Positions 26,593 through 40,383 of a DNA stretch of 64,000 nucleotides are shown piece by piece. The first letter of the stretch is position 1; each line of letters starts with the position of its first letter. A program made the translations under genes and the position numbers. Origin of the DNA: Octopus vulgaris (taxonomy: Eukaryota); NCBI GenBank assembly GCA_951406725.2, contig OX597826.1, positions 1,736,001-1,800,000 on the forward strand, read 5' to 3'. The notes below the pieces were generated by a model, which saw only the letters and a program-made list of their open reading frames with translations, had not been told where the DNA came from and made no database searches.

Positions 26593-28887
26593 AATTCATC
26601 ATCCAGCGTTTTAAATTCAGGTTTTGCCCCCCCCATTAATGGGAGTGGCCGGATCTACCTCAATGCCATAGCAACTGAAGTACGCAGGTGCAGCCCACCC
26701 CAACCTTTGGGCTGGCTGGTGCTCATTCCCCTTTACTATCATGAGGCCTTTTTAGAGCTGGATTTTCTACGGTGGGGGGGGGGAGGCATGGCCCTTGCTT
26801 ACCCCCAACCTCAGTTTCTAGACATGAGTGACCCCAAGACCAAGGTCTCTACCATGATTTTTAAGAAATGTGGTGGAAAACTAACTCAGGAAGGCAGGGA
26901 TGCTACTCCCTGAGATCCCTTTCAGAGCCACCACCCCTTCCCTATGTTGGGAAATAGTCTTTAAAGAATTGTTACTGAATGTCTGAGAAATTTAGAAATA
27001 ATGTTTCTATTTAAAAGACATACAGATAAATAAAGAAACAAAATAAAAATAAAAAAATAAACAAAAACAATTCCATATATGGAAGGTGTGAGCAGATTGT
27101 TAGTTGCTGGTTTGTTCAGTGAAGCAATCAAATACTCTCTTATCAAGTGGGGTCTCCACTGGATATAAAATTGAAGAACCATATGTTTCTGAAACCCACC
27201 ACCACCAAATTTAAGGTCAGCTCTGTGTGTGTGTGTGTGTGTCCACCTACCCTCCAAATATAGGAGACAGCCTGTAATGATTAAGGATGTAGGAATAGCA
27301 GAGTTGATTCAGTGGAAGGAATGGGGTACAATGAGAGAAGGACATCCATCCATCATCATCATCAATATTATCATGACCATCATCATCACCACCATCACTA
27401 TCACCACCACTATTACTCCCATCACCACTGTCACTACCACACCTCATGAGCTAGTGATGGGAGCTTCACTGTGGCTACTTGACATGCTGGAAATAATAGT
27501 CAAAACTCGCTCAAACCGAGGTGTACCTATGGCTGTGCGGTAAGAAGTTTGCTTCGCAACCAAGTGGTTTCAAGTTCAGTCCCACTGCGCGTCATCTTGA
27601 GCTAGGGTTTTCAACTATAGTTCCTGGCTGACCAAAGCCTTGTGAGTAGATTTGATAGATGGAAACTGAAAGAAGCCCATCATGCATGTGTGTGTGGGGG
27701 GAGGTTGTCTGTGTTTGTCCCCCAACCATTGATTGACAGGCAGTGTTGGTCACTTTACATCCCCATAACTTAGCAGTTTAGCAAGAAAAAAAGGCTGATA
27801 GAATAAGTGTTAAACTGGTGTCAGTTTCTTTAACTAAACCCTTCAAGGTAGTGCCCCAGCATGGTCATAGTCCAATGACAGAAACAAGTGGAAAACAAAA
27901 GATTCCACTCAGTGACCATTTATTTCTCTGAACTCCACGTGGTACATTTGACAATATTTCAACCCTTTAGCATTCAAACCAGCCATATCCACCCTAACCT
28001 AAATATTCTACCAGTTTTGTTAAAACCATCTAGAACTGGCTCTCACACCTTAGCTACAAGATAAAGACCACAATGAACTGGAACAAATACCACAAGGCAT
28101 CTAATCTTGTGTTCTTACAGTATGTTTGTTATTGACCCCTTGACCCTTAAAATGATGAAAGGAAAAGTTCCCCTCAGTGGGATTTGAACTCAGAGCATCA
28201 AGTTTTAGTGCAATTATTGCATATACAAATTTAATATTTACATTGATCATAATGCACCAAAGGGTGAAGACCCCCTTTCGTCATGAATGACCATAGAATT
28301 ATACCTAGAAAGTTGCCCACTGTGGCATAACTCCAGGCAAGGTTGTTTATGGAAGACCAGCGGTTGCCCATGCATGCCAGCCTCCCCTCTCAATGCTATT
28401 GGTGTTATCCAAGGGAAAGGCAAAGGGGCTGATACCAGGCTTGGCACTAGTGATGTCACAACTCATTTCAACGAATCTGGAGCATAACAATACTCTGTCC
28501 ATAGCACTTACTCAGCATTACCTGACACCTTTAGGGTCTTCTTGACACTATTACCTATCGGGTGGAGGCACATGACCTAGTGGTTTGAGCAGCGGACTCA
28601 CGGTCGAGGGGTCGCGTGTTTGAACCTCAGACCGGGTGATGTGTGTGTTTATAAGCAAAACACTTAAGCTCCACACGGCTCCAGCAGAAGGTAACGGCGA
28701 ACTTCTGCTGACTATTTGGTCACAACTTTCTCTCACTCTTTTCTCCTGCATCTACCATCTCACCTGCGACAGACCAGCGTCCCGTCCAGGTGGGGAACCC
28801 ATACGCCAATGCAACCGAGAAACCGGCCCTTATGAGCCAGGCATAGCTCGAGAAGGAACAAAAAACAAAACATTACCTCTCATAACC

Positions 28888-28918
<31 letters not shown>

Positions 28919-29956
28919 GATGCCAAAATTGATCCTGCCTGTGGTGGTGCCAAGTCAAAAGTGCTGAGTCCACTCTGTGGAGTGCTTGGTGTTAAGAAGG
29001 GGATCCAGCCATAAAAATAATGCCAAAACAGACACAGAGGTCTGGTGCAGTCTTTGTCCTAGCCTGCCCCTATCAAACTGTCCAACCCATACCAGCATGG
29101 AAAGTGGATGCTAAATGGGGATGATGCTGATGTGTATGTGTATATATACTTACCAAGAAACACACATACACACGCACACACATTCTCAAATTTAAAATCA
29201 TTGGATGTGCAATTATAATTAAGGAAATTAAAAATCATCTCTCTCTTTCACTACCCCTCCCACCCAACCAATCTCTCTCTCTCTATCCCTTTCCTCCACC
29301 CTCTCACTCTCCTTCATTCTCCCATCTCTCCTCCCCCACACTCCCTCCTCTCCCCTCCACTGCCCACATCTTCTACCCCCACACTTTGTCCTTCTCGCTC
29401 CCCACACCCTCTATTTCATTCAGTCTTTCCTCTCATTCACTCTCCCTACCCCCTCTCAGTCTTTCTTTCCCTACCCCTCTTATTCATTCTTTCTCTCTTC
29501 CTCTCTCCCTCTCACAATCTTTCTCTCCACCCACCCACCTGCCTCTTTCTATAGAATTGTTCCATTCTATTTAAATGTCCCCTGGGAGAGTTTCCCTGAC
29601 CTCACCACATTTCCTTCCCAGCTTCATTGTCTCAACAGTGTCAGCCATTTGGGTATTTATGTGTGCAAAGTGTGTATGCATGCAAATAGCGTACATGTAT
29701 ATGTATGTGTGTGTGTGTATGTGTACAAAGTGTGTCTGCAAAGTATGTGTATGTCTGTGCATGTTTGCATATTTGCAAGAATTGTTGGTAAAAGTAAAAC
29801 TTCACAAGGAAGTTATCGATCTAGACTAAATATTCTGAGGGTTTGGGAGAAGTAACAGGACTGCTGGATGAAAATGCCTTACTTGTGAGTGTAAAAGGTT
29901 CAAATCTAACCCGGAAGTGAAACTTGGCTGTTAAATCGAGGCGCCTACTTTTTAGT

Positions 29957-30350
29957 GGTGCAGGAGTGGCTGTGTGGTAAGTAGCTTGCTTACCAATCAC
30001 ATGGTTCCGGGTTCAGTCCCACTGCGTGGCACCCTGGGCAAGTGTCTTCTACTATAGCCTCGGGCTGACCAAAGCCTTGTGAGTGGATTTCATAGATGGA
30101 AACTGAAAGAAGCCCATTGTATATATGTATATGTGTGTGTGTGTGTGTCTGTGTTTGTTCCCTCAACATCGCTTGACAACTGATGCTGGTGCCTTTACGC
30201 TCCCGTAACTTAGCAGTTCGGCAAAAGATACCAATAGAATAAGTACTAGGCTTACAAAGAATAAGTCCTGGGGTCGATTTGCTCGACTAAAGGCGGTGCT
30301 CCAGCATGGCCACAGTCAGATGACTGAAACAAGCAAAAGTGTAAAAGAAT
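29957..30350 (+). mobile_element. CORE-type tRNA SINE, near-consensus copy of the most abundant family (>25 copies, e.g. + 7469-7845, 8483-8900, 18377-18730, 20309-20650, 25953-26345, 35938-36295, 45203-45568, 52355-52775, 62689-63108; - 38350-38690, 41878-42255, 60525-60905)
   Basis: Same bipartite consensus, with an internal (TA/TG)n tract, repeated throughout the window. Confidence 0.85.
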
Positions 30351-30416
30351 ATATATTTAAGAGAGACTTCCAAGCTAATGCATCAGTTATTGATGATGAT
30401 GATGTGAGTGTGTGCA

Positions 30417-31200
30417 TACAAAATGGTATCAAGAACTTCCCAGAGTAGTCCTGTAGTGTGCCAATATATGGCAGCACATGGTTGAGTGCACAATGAGAGC
30501 TAGCAGTGACATTCACAAGGCAGTGTGTTGAGTGATATCGCTGGGTGTACTTCATAAGTTGTGAAATTTGTGTTTTTCTGATCAAGTATATGCTGTAGTC
30601 TGCAATTTTTATCATGGACAGAAAGTTGAAACAAAGAGCCAATGTGAAATTTTGCGTTAAACTTGGCAAGTCTGCTACAGAAACATTGAGCATGTGTTGG
30701 TAAGCTTATGGTCATGAAGCATTGAGTGGATTGGGCACTTCAAAAGCGGAAGAACTGTCTGCGGAAGATGATGAGTGAACTGGAAGACCTTCAAAGGAGA
30801 TGATGATAGAACTTAGGTAAATAAGTTATTTTTTATTACATGTAGCTGGCTCTATTAAACATAGCCGGTTCTATTAAACGTAGCCAGTTCTATTAAATGT
30901 GGCCAGTTCTATTAAACATGGCCGGTTCTATTAAACGTAGCCAGTTCTATTAAACGTGGCCAGTTCTATTAAACGTAGCCGGTTCTATTAAACGTAGCCA
31001 GTTCTATTAAATGTGGCCAGTTCTATTAAACATAGCCAGTTCTATTAAATGTGACCAGTTCTATTAAACATGGCCGGTTCTATTAAATGTGGCCAGTTCT
31101 ATTAAACATAGCCGGTTCTATCAAATGTAGCTGGCTCTATTAAATGTAATTAGTTTTATTAAATGTAATTAGTCTGGGAACTTTTTGATACTACCTCGTA
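30417..31200 (+). mobile_element. internally deleted mariner transposon
   Basis: TIR GTCTGGGAACTTTTTGATACTACCTCG|TA with a degenerate left mate; from 30614 MDRKLKQRANVKFCVKLGKSATETLSM..AYG..(FKSGR)..EDDE*TGRP = mariner N-terminal HTH. Confidence 0.85.
30840..31170. repeat. 19-bp minisatellite (GTAGCCAGTTCTATTAAAC), ~17 units
   Basis: Seen directly, inside the mariner next to its right TIR. Confidence 0.95.
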
Positions 31201-32752
31201 TATCCTCTATTTCTTTACTTGTTTCAGTCATTTGACTACGGCCATGCTGGGGCACCGCCTTGAAGAATCTTTTTTAAGTCTGGTACTTATTCTATCAGTT
31301 TCTTTTGCCAGACTGCTAAGTTACAGGGATGTAAACACACCAACACTGGTTGTCAGTTGGTGTTGTGGGATTTGAAAGCATAACACAAAGAACTGGAACA
31401 AATACAAGGCATCTAATCTAGTGTTCTTGCAGCTTTACCACTAGTCTGGATTGGTATGTTTGTTATTGACTACTTGACCCCTAAAATGATGAAAGGAAAA
31501 ATTCACCTCAGTGGGATTTGAACTCAGAGCATCAAGCTTCAGTACAAATATTGCACATACAAATTTAATATTTACATTGATCATAAGATCACTTATCACT
31601 ATGTGTGAGCATTTTTGAAAGTGAGTGTGTGTGTGTGAGTTTGCGTTTAGTGCCGAAAAGTACTGTCACCAAAAGATGCTTAAAATCCAGTCAGTCATGC
31701 CAAATCATCATTCTCCAAAGAGCTGCATCCAATCAACTCCTAAATCCAAGATCTACTTCCTTGTACTTTGTACTTGCGATAGCATTCATCCGGGATGGGT
31801 CAAGCTGACTGACCAACTCACCATGTACCTCACAAGTGCTGACCACATCTGACTGTCAGCTGCAGTCGAGGCTGTAATAGATACTCACTCCCGGTTCCAA
31901 TGCCAGAGACCAAAGATGTGGGGGCCAAACTGTGCTTTCACATCTGCCTTTAAATCCAATATCCAAACCTTATGATTGAAACTAGACAGACAGGAACTGC
32001 ATAGAAGCTCGTTGTATGGGTGGTATCTATAATACAAAGTTATAGGATTTAAGCTTTAAGGTTAAACGTGTCTGTGGAATACTCAACCAACTCCACAGTA
32101 ATTTAATGTGGGGGTTGATCCATAGATTAAAGAATTGGTAGATTGGTTGACAGAAGAAGGAGATTGTGTTTCTCCTTGTTTTTACTTGTGTGGTATGGTG
32201 TTGTGCATGTGTTTGTGTGCTTGCTTGTGTGTGTGCAGGTATATGTATGATGCTATGTATAGGTTTGTGGTGCATGTGTGTGCTTAAGTGTGTGTGGTGC
32301 ATGTATGTGTGTGTGATGTGTGTATGGTCTGTGTATGCTGTGTTTGATGCATTGTGTGGTGTGAGGAGTGATGCATGTGGCTGTGATGTGCATGTGTACA
32401 TTTGGGTGTGGTGTGTACATGTATGTGAGTGTGATGCATGTGGGTGTGAAGTGCATGTGCATGTAGGTGTGATGTGCATGTGCATATGTGCGCATGTGGG
32501 ATATGATGTATGACAAGGGTGATGTGAACACGTGCTTCATGTGTGCGCATATGTACATGTTATGTGTGCATGCACATGCATGCATGTCTCTTGCTCCTCA
32601 TAATTCTTATCCACTTCATCACCCACCCCCTCTCCCTTTCTTCCTCTTCATTCTGCAGAATCCCTCTCTCTTCCAATATATCTTTTATTATTCACATTAC
32701 TTTTACTTTTTGCTCCATGGTGAACTCTACAAACCTACATCACTTGCTCCTA

Positions 32753-32785
<33 letters not shown>

Positions 32786-32960
32786 CCCATCACCCTTCCT
32801 TCTCTCCGTCCCCGTCTTCACTCTTTCTCCCCACCCACACCACTGTCCATCCATTTATCTTTCAATCTATCTCGTTGACCTTTTCAAGTATCAACACACT
32901 GACCACTTTATTAATGCACACACATTCATAGTTGTACATGTGCGTATGTATGTATGTATG

Positions 32961-32995
<35 letters not shown>

Positions 32996-33718
32996 ATGAT
33001 GAGGAGGAGATTATATATATATATATATATATACAACTACAGAAATATACACATTAGAATATATGCATATATACAAATACTGTCTCATATAAAGCTCTAC
33101 TAATAATTTCTCAGTCAAACATATACACACGTGTAGTATATATATATATATTTATATACACACACATCTCACACTCTTCTAACATTTACAATATATATAT
33201 ACACACATAAACACAATATATTATATATATACACACATAAACACAATATATTATATATGTACCCACATACATATACACAGAATATGTGTAAACACACTAT
33301 ATGTAAACACACATATATAAACACACACATTGTATGATTGTATACACACACACAAACACACACACGCAGAGTCAAACTCACAAAAGCCTCTCAAACAGCA
33401 GGAAATTATGAAACATTTCCTTTCAAACCATTTGAGCTATTTAACCTCTTTGCAGTCTCTTGTTTTATTATTCATATAAATAATATTCCTTCATCACATA
33501 CATACATATATATATATGCATGTGTATACACACATTTTAAAGATCTATCTACATATATTTATGCGTGTGTATGGAAGCTTTTATGAATGTGTGCGTGGTG
33601 CGATACTAAAATGGTTTTAGTAAAAAGTTCAAGTAGTCAACAAGAAGGTGGAAGGAGGCCAAAGTGGTGCTTGGAAAGGTCAAGCAAAGTGCTTGATAAC
33701 AGAGTGCAGAGATCAACT

Positions 33719-33755
<37 letters not shown>

Positions 33756-33870
33756 AAAGGAGGTAAATGGGTAAATGTGAAAAGAGTGATAAGAAAAAGT
33801 AAAGAACAAAGAAACAGAAAATGATACATGGGTAAATATTTCTTTTATGCATGAATGTATATAAATAAAT

Positions 33871-33921
<51 letters not shown>

Positions 33922-36293
33922 CTATTATGTTAAACTGTTGTATCTCCAAATTTGGCCAAATATTTATTTTGGCCAATGTTTATTTTTGCTCGCAATAGCC
34001 AGTTCTTCTGGTCAAACTCTCGTCTTTCCAGCTGCTTCAGATGCCGAGATACCAAAAATTCTCAAAGTGTAATACAAAGGTTTTGCTATGAAATTATGAA
34101 ACTATTTTTTCATTTCCTGAAAAAGCAACGCTTTGGACTTACGACACTTTTGCATAATAGCAACGATATATCATCATAATCATTTACAATCCGGCAAGGG
34201 TTGGACAGTTTGACAAGAAGAGATAAGCCACAGGCTCTGCCATGTCTCTCTATATGCACGTGCATGTGCGTGCGTGCGTATACTCTTTCACTTGTTTCAG
34301 TCATTTGACAGTGGCCAAGCTGGAGTTCAAATGCTGCTGAGGTCAACTTTGATAATTTATTTTATTAACTCAGAAGGGATAAGATGTGGTCAAGTACTGT
34401 GGCCGGTACTTTCCTATTACTAACAGCCATTTTTTTTTTTATTAACTTGTTTCAGTCATTGAACTGCAGCCAAGCTGGGGCACCACCTTCAACACTTTTA
34501 GTTGAACAAATAGACCCTGGAACAAATTTTGTTTTTTAAAGGCTGGTACTTATTCTGTCAGACTCCTTTGCTGAACCATTAAGTCATGGGTACATAAACA
34601 AACCAACACAAGTTTTGAAAGTGTGAGAGAAGGGGAAAACAGACCCAAACACACAAGCACAACAGGGATCCACACAGTTTCTGTTTATCGTATTTATTCA
34701 CAAAACATTAGTTGACTCATGGCTACAGTAGAAGACAGCTTTCCGAGAAGCTGTGCAATGGGACTGAACCTGAAATCATGTGGCTACAGAGCAAGCTGCT
34801 TAACCACATAGCCATGCCTTAATAAACTATTACAGTCACAAGAGACGTAACTGTTGATCAATGGAATGTTGGAAGAGCTATCGCTAACTCATGGGGTGGG
34901 GAAAGAGCAAGGAATTGAGTGATTGATTCCTTCTGTGAAAGAATATTTTATCCAAAACATTTAAGCTTTTATATTTTCGCTCTCCAATTCTGGGCCTTTT
35001 TCCGGTGAATCTTTACAAGTATTTTTAACCATGAAAAGAGATATCAATTTCCAAAAGTCTATCAACCAACCATTACATACATCCTATGAGCGTTGATAGT
35101 CGATTTATTCATCTTTTAGTAAATAAAAAAATGGCAGTCAATAATAGGAAATTATACTTTGGCATTTTGCCCAATTATTTTTATCATGTTACACCAATAG
35201 AACTAAATAATCAACTGCAAATACTTTTGAACAGTAAATTGTTTGATTTAGAAAAGTGATATTCAAAGGACAGTTTATCTAACGATGACAGTTACATAAA
35301 CAGTATCAGATATATAATACTGTTAAAGATTTTTCTTTTTATAATTGATGTATGCTATTTTTGTTGAAAAATTGTATTTACAACTGAAACTAAATTTAAC
35401 ATTATTTCTATTTAAAAAAATTGATATTTATAATTCTTCAGATAGGTTTATCTCAAACAACGTAATTTTAGCAATACAAATTCTTCCATTGACACTTAAT
35501 GGAACATTGAACCAAATAACTTTGTTTCCTATTTGTATTTGACTGAAAAGCTATTTCTATAACTAATTTTTTCTTTAAACCACATCCTGTTTAACAGTAT
35601 TTTGTAATAAGGGGCTTTTGAAAGAAAATTTACTGTATGAACAATTGGATAAATATATTCTCTGATTTATAAATTAGGGCAGTCAGGTGAATTGAGAGCA
35701 TGCATCTATGTATGCAGTGTAACTTTTCATATGGTTTCTTTAAAAGGTGAAAACCTGCTTTTAATATTTAAAATTATATATATATATATATAATATTTGT
35801 AGAAAAGCATAGGCTCGAAACGTAAAAGACTTTTTCTATTCCTGAGCGTTATACTAATACATCTGTTTGTTTTGTACACCACCTGTCTTCGTTTTTTGTT
35901 TTTTTCGTAAACTCTCCCTATATATGTGTGTGTGTGGAGGCATGGTTGTTCGGTGAGAAGCTTGCTTCTCAACCACATGGTTCCAGGTTCAGTCCCGCTG
36001 CATAGCTCCTTGGGCAAGTATCTTTTACTATAGCCTTGGGCCGACCAAAGCCTTGTGAGTGGATTTGGAAGACAGAAACTGAAAGAAGCCGGTCATGTGT
36101 GTGTGTCTGTGTTTGTCCCTCCACCATCACTTAACAACCAATGTTGGTGTGGTTACATCCCCATAACTTAGTGGTTTGGCAAAAAGAGACATAATAAGTA
36201 CTAGGCACACAAAGAATAAGCCCTGGGGGAGATTTCTTCAACTAAAACTCTTTAAGTCGATGCTCCAGCATGGCCACAATCAAATGATTGAAG

Positions 36294-36334
<41 letters not shown>

Positions 36335-36437
36335 TTGTCTCAATGGTAATTTTTAGGCTAAACCCTAAATAATGCCAAAAGAGGTTTTTTTTTTATATAT
36401 ATAAATCTAATCATTGTACATGACACACATGCACACA

Positions 36438-36660
36438 CTATGCATTCCAGAAATTTTGAGACTTTTTCAGGAAAGACAATTTCAAAGAAGTACAAAACTT
36501 TAATCTCCTTCAAAATGGGATCCTTTGACAGCAAAGCACTTGTAGCACTCCAGCCACTTCATGAAGGTTCCATGGAAGTCCTCCAAAGTGAAGGTGTCCG
36601 GAACCATTGTCACAGCCTCCATCTTCTGCAGCCAGAGGAACAACCAAAAGTCAAAGGGAA
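36438..36660 (-). mobile_element. mariner transposase C-terminal remnant
   Basis: Minus translation TFTLEDFHGTFMKWLECYKCFAVKGSHFEGD*. Confidence 0.7.
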
Positions 36661-37019
36661 CTGGGGCTTGCCAACCCTATGTCAACCAAAACTGTCTGTT
36701 GTAAGCTCCATAAAACTAGATACCAATGGAGGGCTGTAATTGCTAAACTACTTCTTGTTCTTTTATTGCCCACAAGGGGCTAAACACAGAGGGGACAAAC
36801 AAGGACAGACAAAGGGATTAAGTTGATTACATCGACCTCAGTGTGTAACTGGTACTTAATTTATCGACCCCGAAAGGATGAAAGGCAAAGTTGACCTCGG
36901 CGGAATTTGAACTCAGAACGTAACGGCAGACAAAATACTGCTAAGCATTTCACCTGGCATGCTAAAATCTCTGCCAGCTCTCCGCCTTATGCTAAACTAA
37001 AAAGTTTAGCAATTGCTAA

Positions 37020-37560
37020 ACTTCTCCTGTATCCCATCATCATTGATAAGCAGAGAAAATAATGTCTAGAAAATAAAATGGTTAATGGCTAGGTGGAGCA
37101 AGGTTATCGTCTCTATGAATCATTATCTCCATATCAATGTGAGTTTATGTCTGGAAATAACCAAAAAACACCTTCAACCCTGATTGTTTGGCTCCTACTA
37201 TGACACTCAGAAATGGTTCTGTGATAAATTGGGAGGCCATATCATATATGTTTCTTGGCCTCTAATTGTTCTATATGGCAGAGATAACACCGAGGATTAT
37301 CTAAGTATTTTGGCTGACCATATCTATCCTATGGCACCAAAATGTTTCCTGATGGTAACATAATCTTCCAGGATGTTGCTGTACCTATTCATATGGCTAA
37401 TATTATTCAAAATTCATTCAAATTCATTTCCCAAACAATCGTTCAGAATCTGTCAATTCCCAAATGTATTTAAGCTGATTGATTTCCAAATGTGAACCAA
37501 TTCAGTGTTATATGAAAACTTTCAATTAAAATGCTTCCATTATTTTGTCCAACCCCTGTA
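37020..37560 (+). mobile_element. Tc1-like transposon remnant
   Basis: Frameshifted WEAIS..LYGR..EDYLSILADHIYPM..FPDGNIIFQD..PIH; ends TTTTGTCCAACCCCTG|TA. Confidence 0.7.
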
Positions 37561-37620
37561 TGTGTACACATATCAGGCATACCTATCATTTCTCTCTCTC
37601 TCTCTCTCTCACACACACAT

Positions 37621-38209
37621 TGGACCCTGGCTATCACTCAGGTGACCAGGCACTCGTGACTGAAGATAAGCTAACCAGCTCAAAACTGAGTCAGTCTTGT
37701 GGTCCTGTTGTCTGCTAGAAGATGGTAGGGGTTCGCCCCACCCTGCTAGCAATATATATTGCAGATAAAGGATGCACCGATAACCAGCTGGTGGAAAGTC
37801 TGCCTGGTGTTAAACTAGTTGTAACATGGAATAAACTCTTTGATGTAGCAATTGACTTTACTTGTTAGCAGAGTTACAACTCTGATCTCTACTTGAGATT
37901 TTACAGCTACTATTTTGCTTGTTACAAATCAGTGACCAATGGTCACTTGGTTTACAATATATTGCTGGCTGGAGTGGACTGTGGCAATTGCTCTGGTGAC
38001 CAGGTACTTGCACTGAAGACTAGCCAACCAGCTCAAAACTGGGTCAGTCTTGCAATCCTGTAACCTGCTAGAGGATGGTAAGGGTTTCGCTTCCACTGCT
38101 AGCAATATATATTGTATATAAAGGGTGCAGTGATAACCAGTTTGTGGAAGATTTGCCTGGGATTAAACTAGTAGTAACAGGGAACAGTCACTTTGAGGTA
38201 GCAATTGAC
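37621..38209 (+). mobile_element. ~354-bp tandem monomers (about 1.7 copies), each with a degenerate type I hammerhead: candidate non-LTR retrozyme
   Basis: GGTGACCAGG at 37641 and 37995; hammerheads at 37654-37702 and 38008-38055: CUGAAGA, stem II AGCU-AACC-AGCU, (G>A)AAA, stem III ACUG/CAGU, triplet GUC. Confidence 0.7.
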
Positions 38210-38245
38210 ATATATATATGTATGTATGTATATATATGTACACAC

Positions 38246-38316
38246 TTTATTAATAAAGCTGCAAAGACATCACAAGAACTGTTACTCAGAGTTTCACGTT
38301 CCCATTCGGACAGTTT
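38246..38316 (-). mobile_element. family C hammerhead-bearing pLTR-like fragment (core partly deleted)
   Basis: AACUGU CCGA AUG-GGAA-CGU GAAA CUCUGAG UA ACAGUU; homologous to 45011-45198. Confidence 0.5.
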
Positions 38317-38989
38317 TTACATACATACATGTGTGCGTGTTTATTTTATATTTGTTTCAGTCATTTGACTGCGGCCATACTGGACCCCAGGACTTATCCT
38401 TTGTAAGCATAATACTTATTCTATTGGTTTCTTTTGCCAAACCACTAAGTTACAGAGACAGACATGCCACCATTGGTTGTCAAGTGATGGTGGGGGGGAC
38501 AAACACAGACAGACACACACGTAAATGCACACACACACACGCATGTATATGACAAGCTTCTTTCAGTTTCCGTCTGCCAAATCCACTCACTAGGCTTTGG
38601 TCATCCCGAGGCTATAGTAGAAGACACTTGCCCAAGGTGTCACGCAGTGGGACTGAACCCAGAACCAACCTCTTTACCACACAGCCACGCTTACTTATAC
38701 AAATATATGTAATTTGACTACTCTTTTTAGCAGTTTGAGTAGCCATGTAGAAGCGCTCTCATTAATATATGAGAGTTTATATGAGTGATTAACTGGTTAG
38801 AGTTATTAGAGTGCTGGATAGAATGTGTTGCATTATTTATTGTGATTCACTGAATTCAGAGTTCAATTCCCACCAAAGTCAGTTCTGCTTTTTATTCTTT
38901 TGGGGGCTCAATAATAAAAGTAGCAAATCCAGGACAGTATGTGTGTGTGAGAGACAGACAGACAGACACGGGGTGGGGGTGATAATGGT

Positions 38990-39510
38990 GTGAGGGAGGG
39001 AGGGAGAGAATGAACAAAAGATAAAGAGATAGAAAGAAAGAAGGGTTAAAGGAGAAAGAAAACCAAGCAAAGGATAAAGGTGAGAGAGAGAGAGAGAGAG
39101 AGAATAGACAAAGGATGGGAGGGGGAGAGATATAGAGAGAGAATAGACAAAGGATAAAAAGGAAGGAGGGAGGGAGAGAGAGAGAAAGAGTGAGAATGGT
39201 AAACAAAGGATGGGGTGGGAAGGAGAAGGATAAATACAGGATAATGGGAAGAGATGTGGAGAAAGGAGAAAGGAAAGAGAGAGGGAGAGAGAAAGAGAAT
39301 GTGAGTGAGTGAGAGAGAGAGAGAGAGAGAGAAGGTAAGTGAGAAAGAGAATGTGAGTGAGAGAGAGGGAGAAGAGAATGTGAGGAAAACAGAAAGAGAA
39401 TGTGAGTGACAGAGAGAGAGAGAATGTGAGTGAGAGAGAGGGAGAAAGTGTGAGAGAGAGAGAGAATGTGAGTGAGAGAGAGAGAAAGAGAGAGAAAGAA
39501 AGAGCAAGAA
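38990..39510. repeat. purine-rich (GA)n tract with a GAGAATGTGAGTGA minisatellite
   Basis: Seen directly. Confidence 0.9.
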
Positions 39511-40383
39511 AACTCAAAAAGTTGTTTACAGTGAAATTTAATGTCTGAGATAAAGATATTTGGTGATGGCATTTTATAAACATTGAAGGAGATGAGGATG
39601 ATGATGAGGATGATGAGGATGATGAGGATGATGTGGTGGTGATGGAAGAAGATGGTGATGACAACAATGATGACAGTGCAGCTGGTGGTAAGGTTGATGT
39701 TACACGGCATTAATAATAATAATAATAATAATTCCAATATTAGTCTCTGCCCCTCCGCCTCTCCATCACATTCTGATTTCAAATATCTCCCAAGGTCTGC
39801 CACAAGCTGTTCTTTCATCTCTTGGCGGTAGCAAGGAAGTGGAGTAGGGGGGGAGTCATTGATAATGGATATACCAGTGATTCACTGGGGGAGGCGTTGA
39901 TTCGATTGACATATCTATTAGAAATGTTGTTGTTTAGCATCAGGTTAGTTTTAATGGACCAGAGCTATCAAAGTATTCCAGCCATGGCCCTCCCATCAAC
40001 AATCATACGTACAGTTAGGGCCCTGTGGTTCATTAGTTTGGTTTGCAACAGTGTGGTTTTTTTTAGTTTAGTTCTACTGCAGAGAAACTTGGTCGAATGC
40101 CAGTAACTATAGCCTTCAGCTGACCAAAGTCTTGCAAATGGATTTAGTGGATGGAAGTAGATAGAAGCCTGTAACATATATTTATATTCGGTGGCATGCA
40201 AAAGCACCCACTACACTCTCAGAGTGGTTGGCGTTAGGAAGGGCATCCAGCTGTAGAAACTCTGCCAAATCAAGATTTTGAGCCTGGGGCAGCCATCTGG
40301 TTCGCCAGCCCTCAGTCAGATCGTCCAACCCATGCTAGCATGGAAAGCAGACGTTAAATGATGATGATGATATACACACACAC

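Noticed and set aside
30840-31170. CRISPR-like array
   Set aside because: Contiguous 19-bp units with no unique spacers, in a eukaryotic transposon context
31822-31871. Minus-strand 50-nt exon ending at ATG|GTGAGT
   Set aside because: Good donor but poor acceptor and no recognisable peptide
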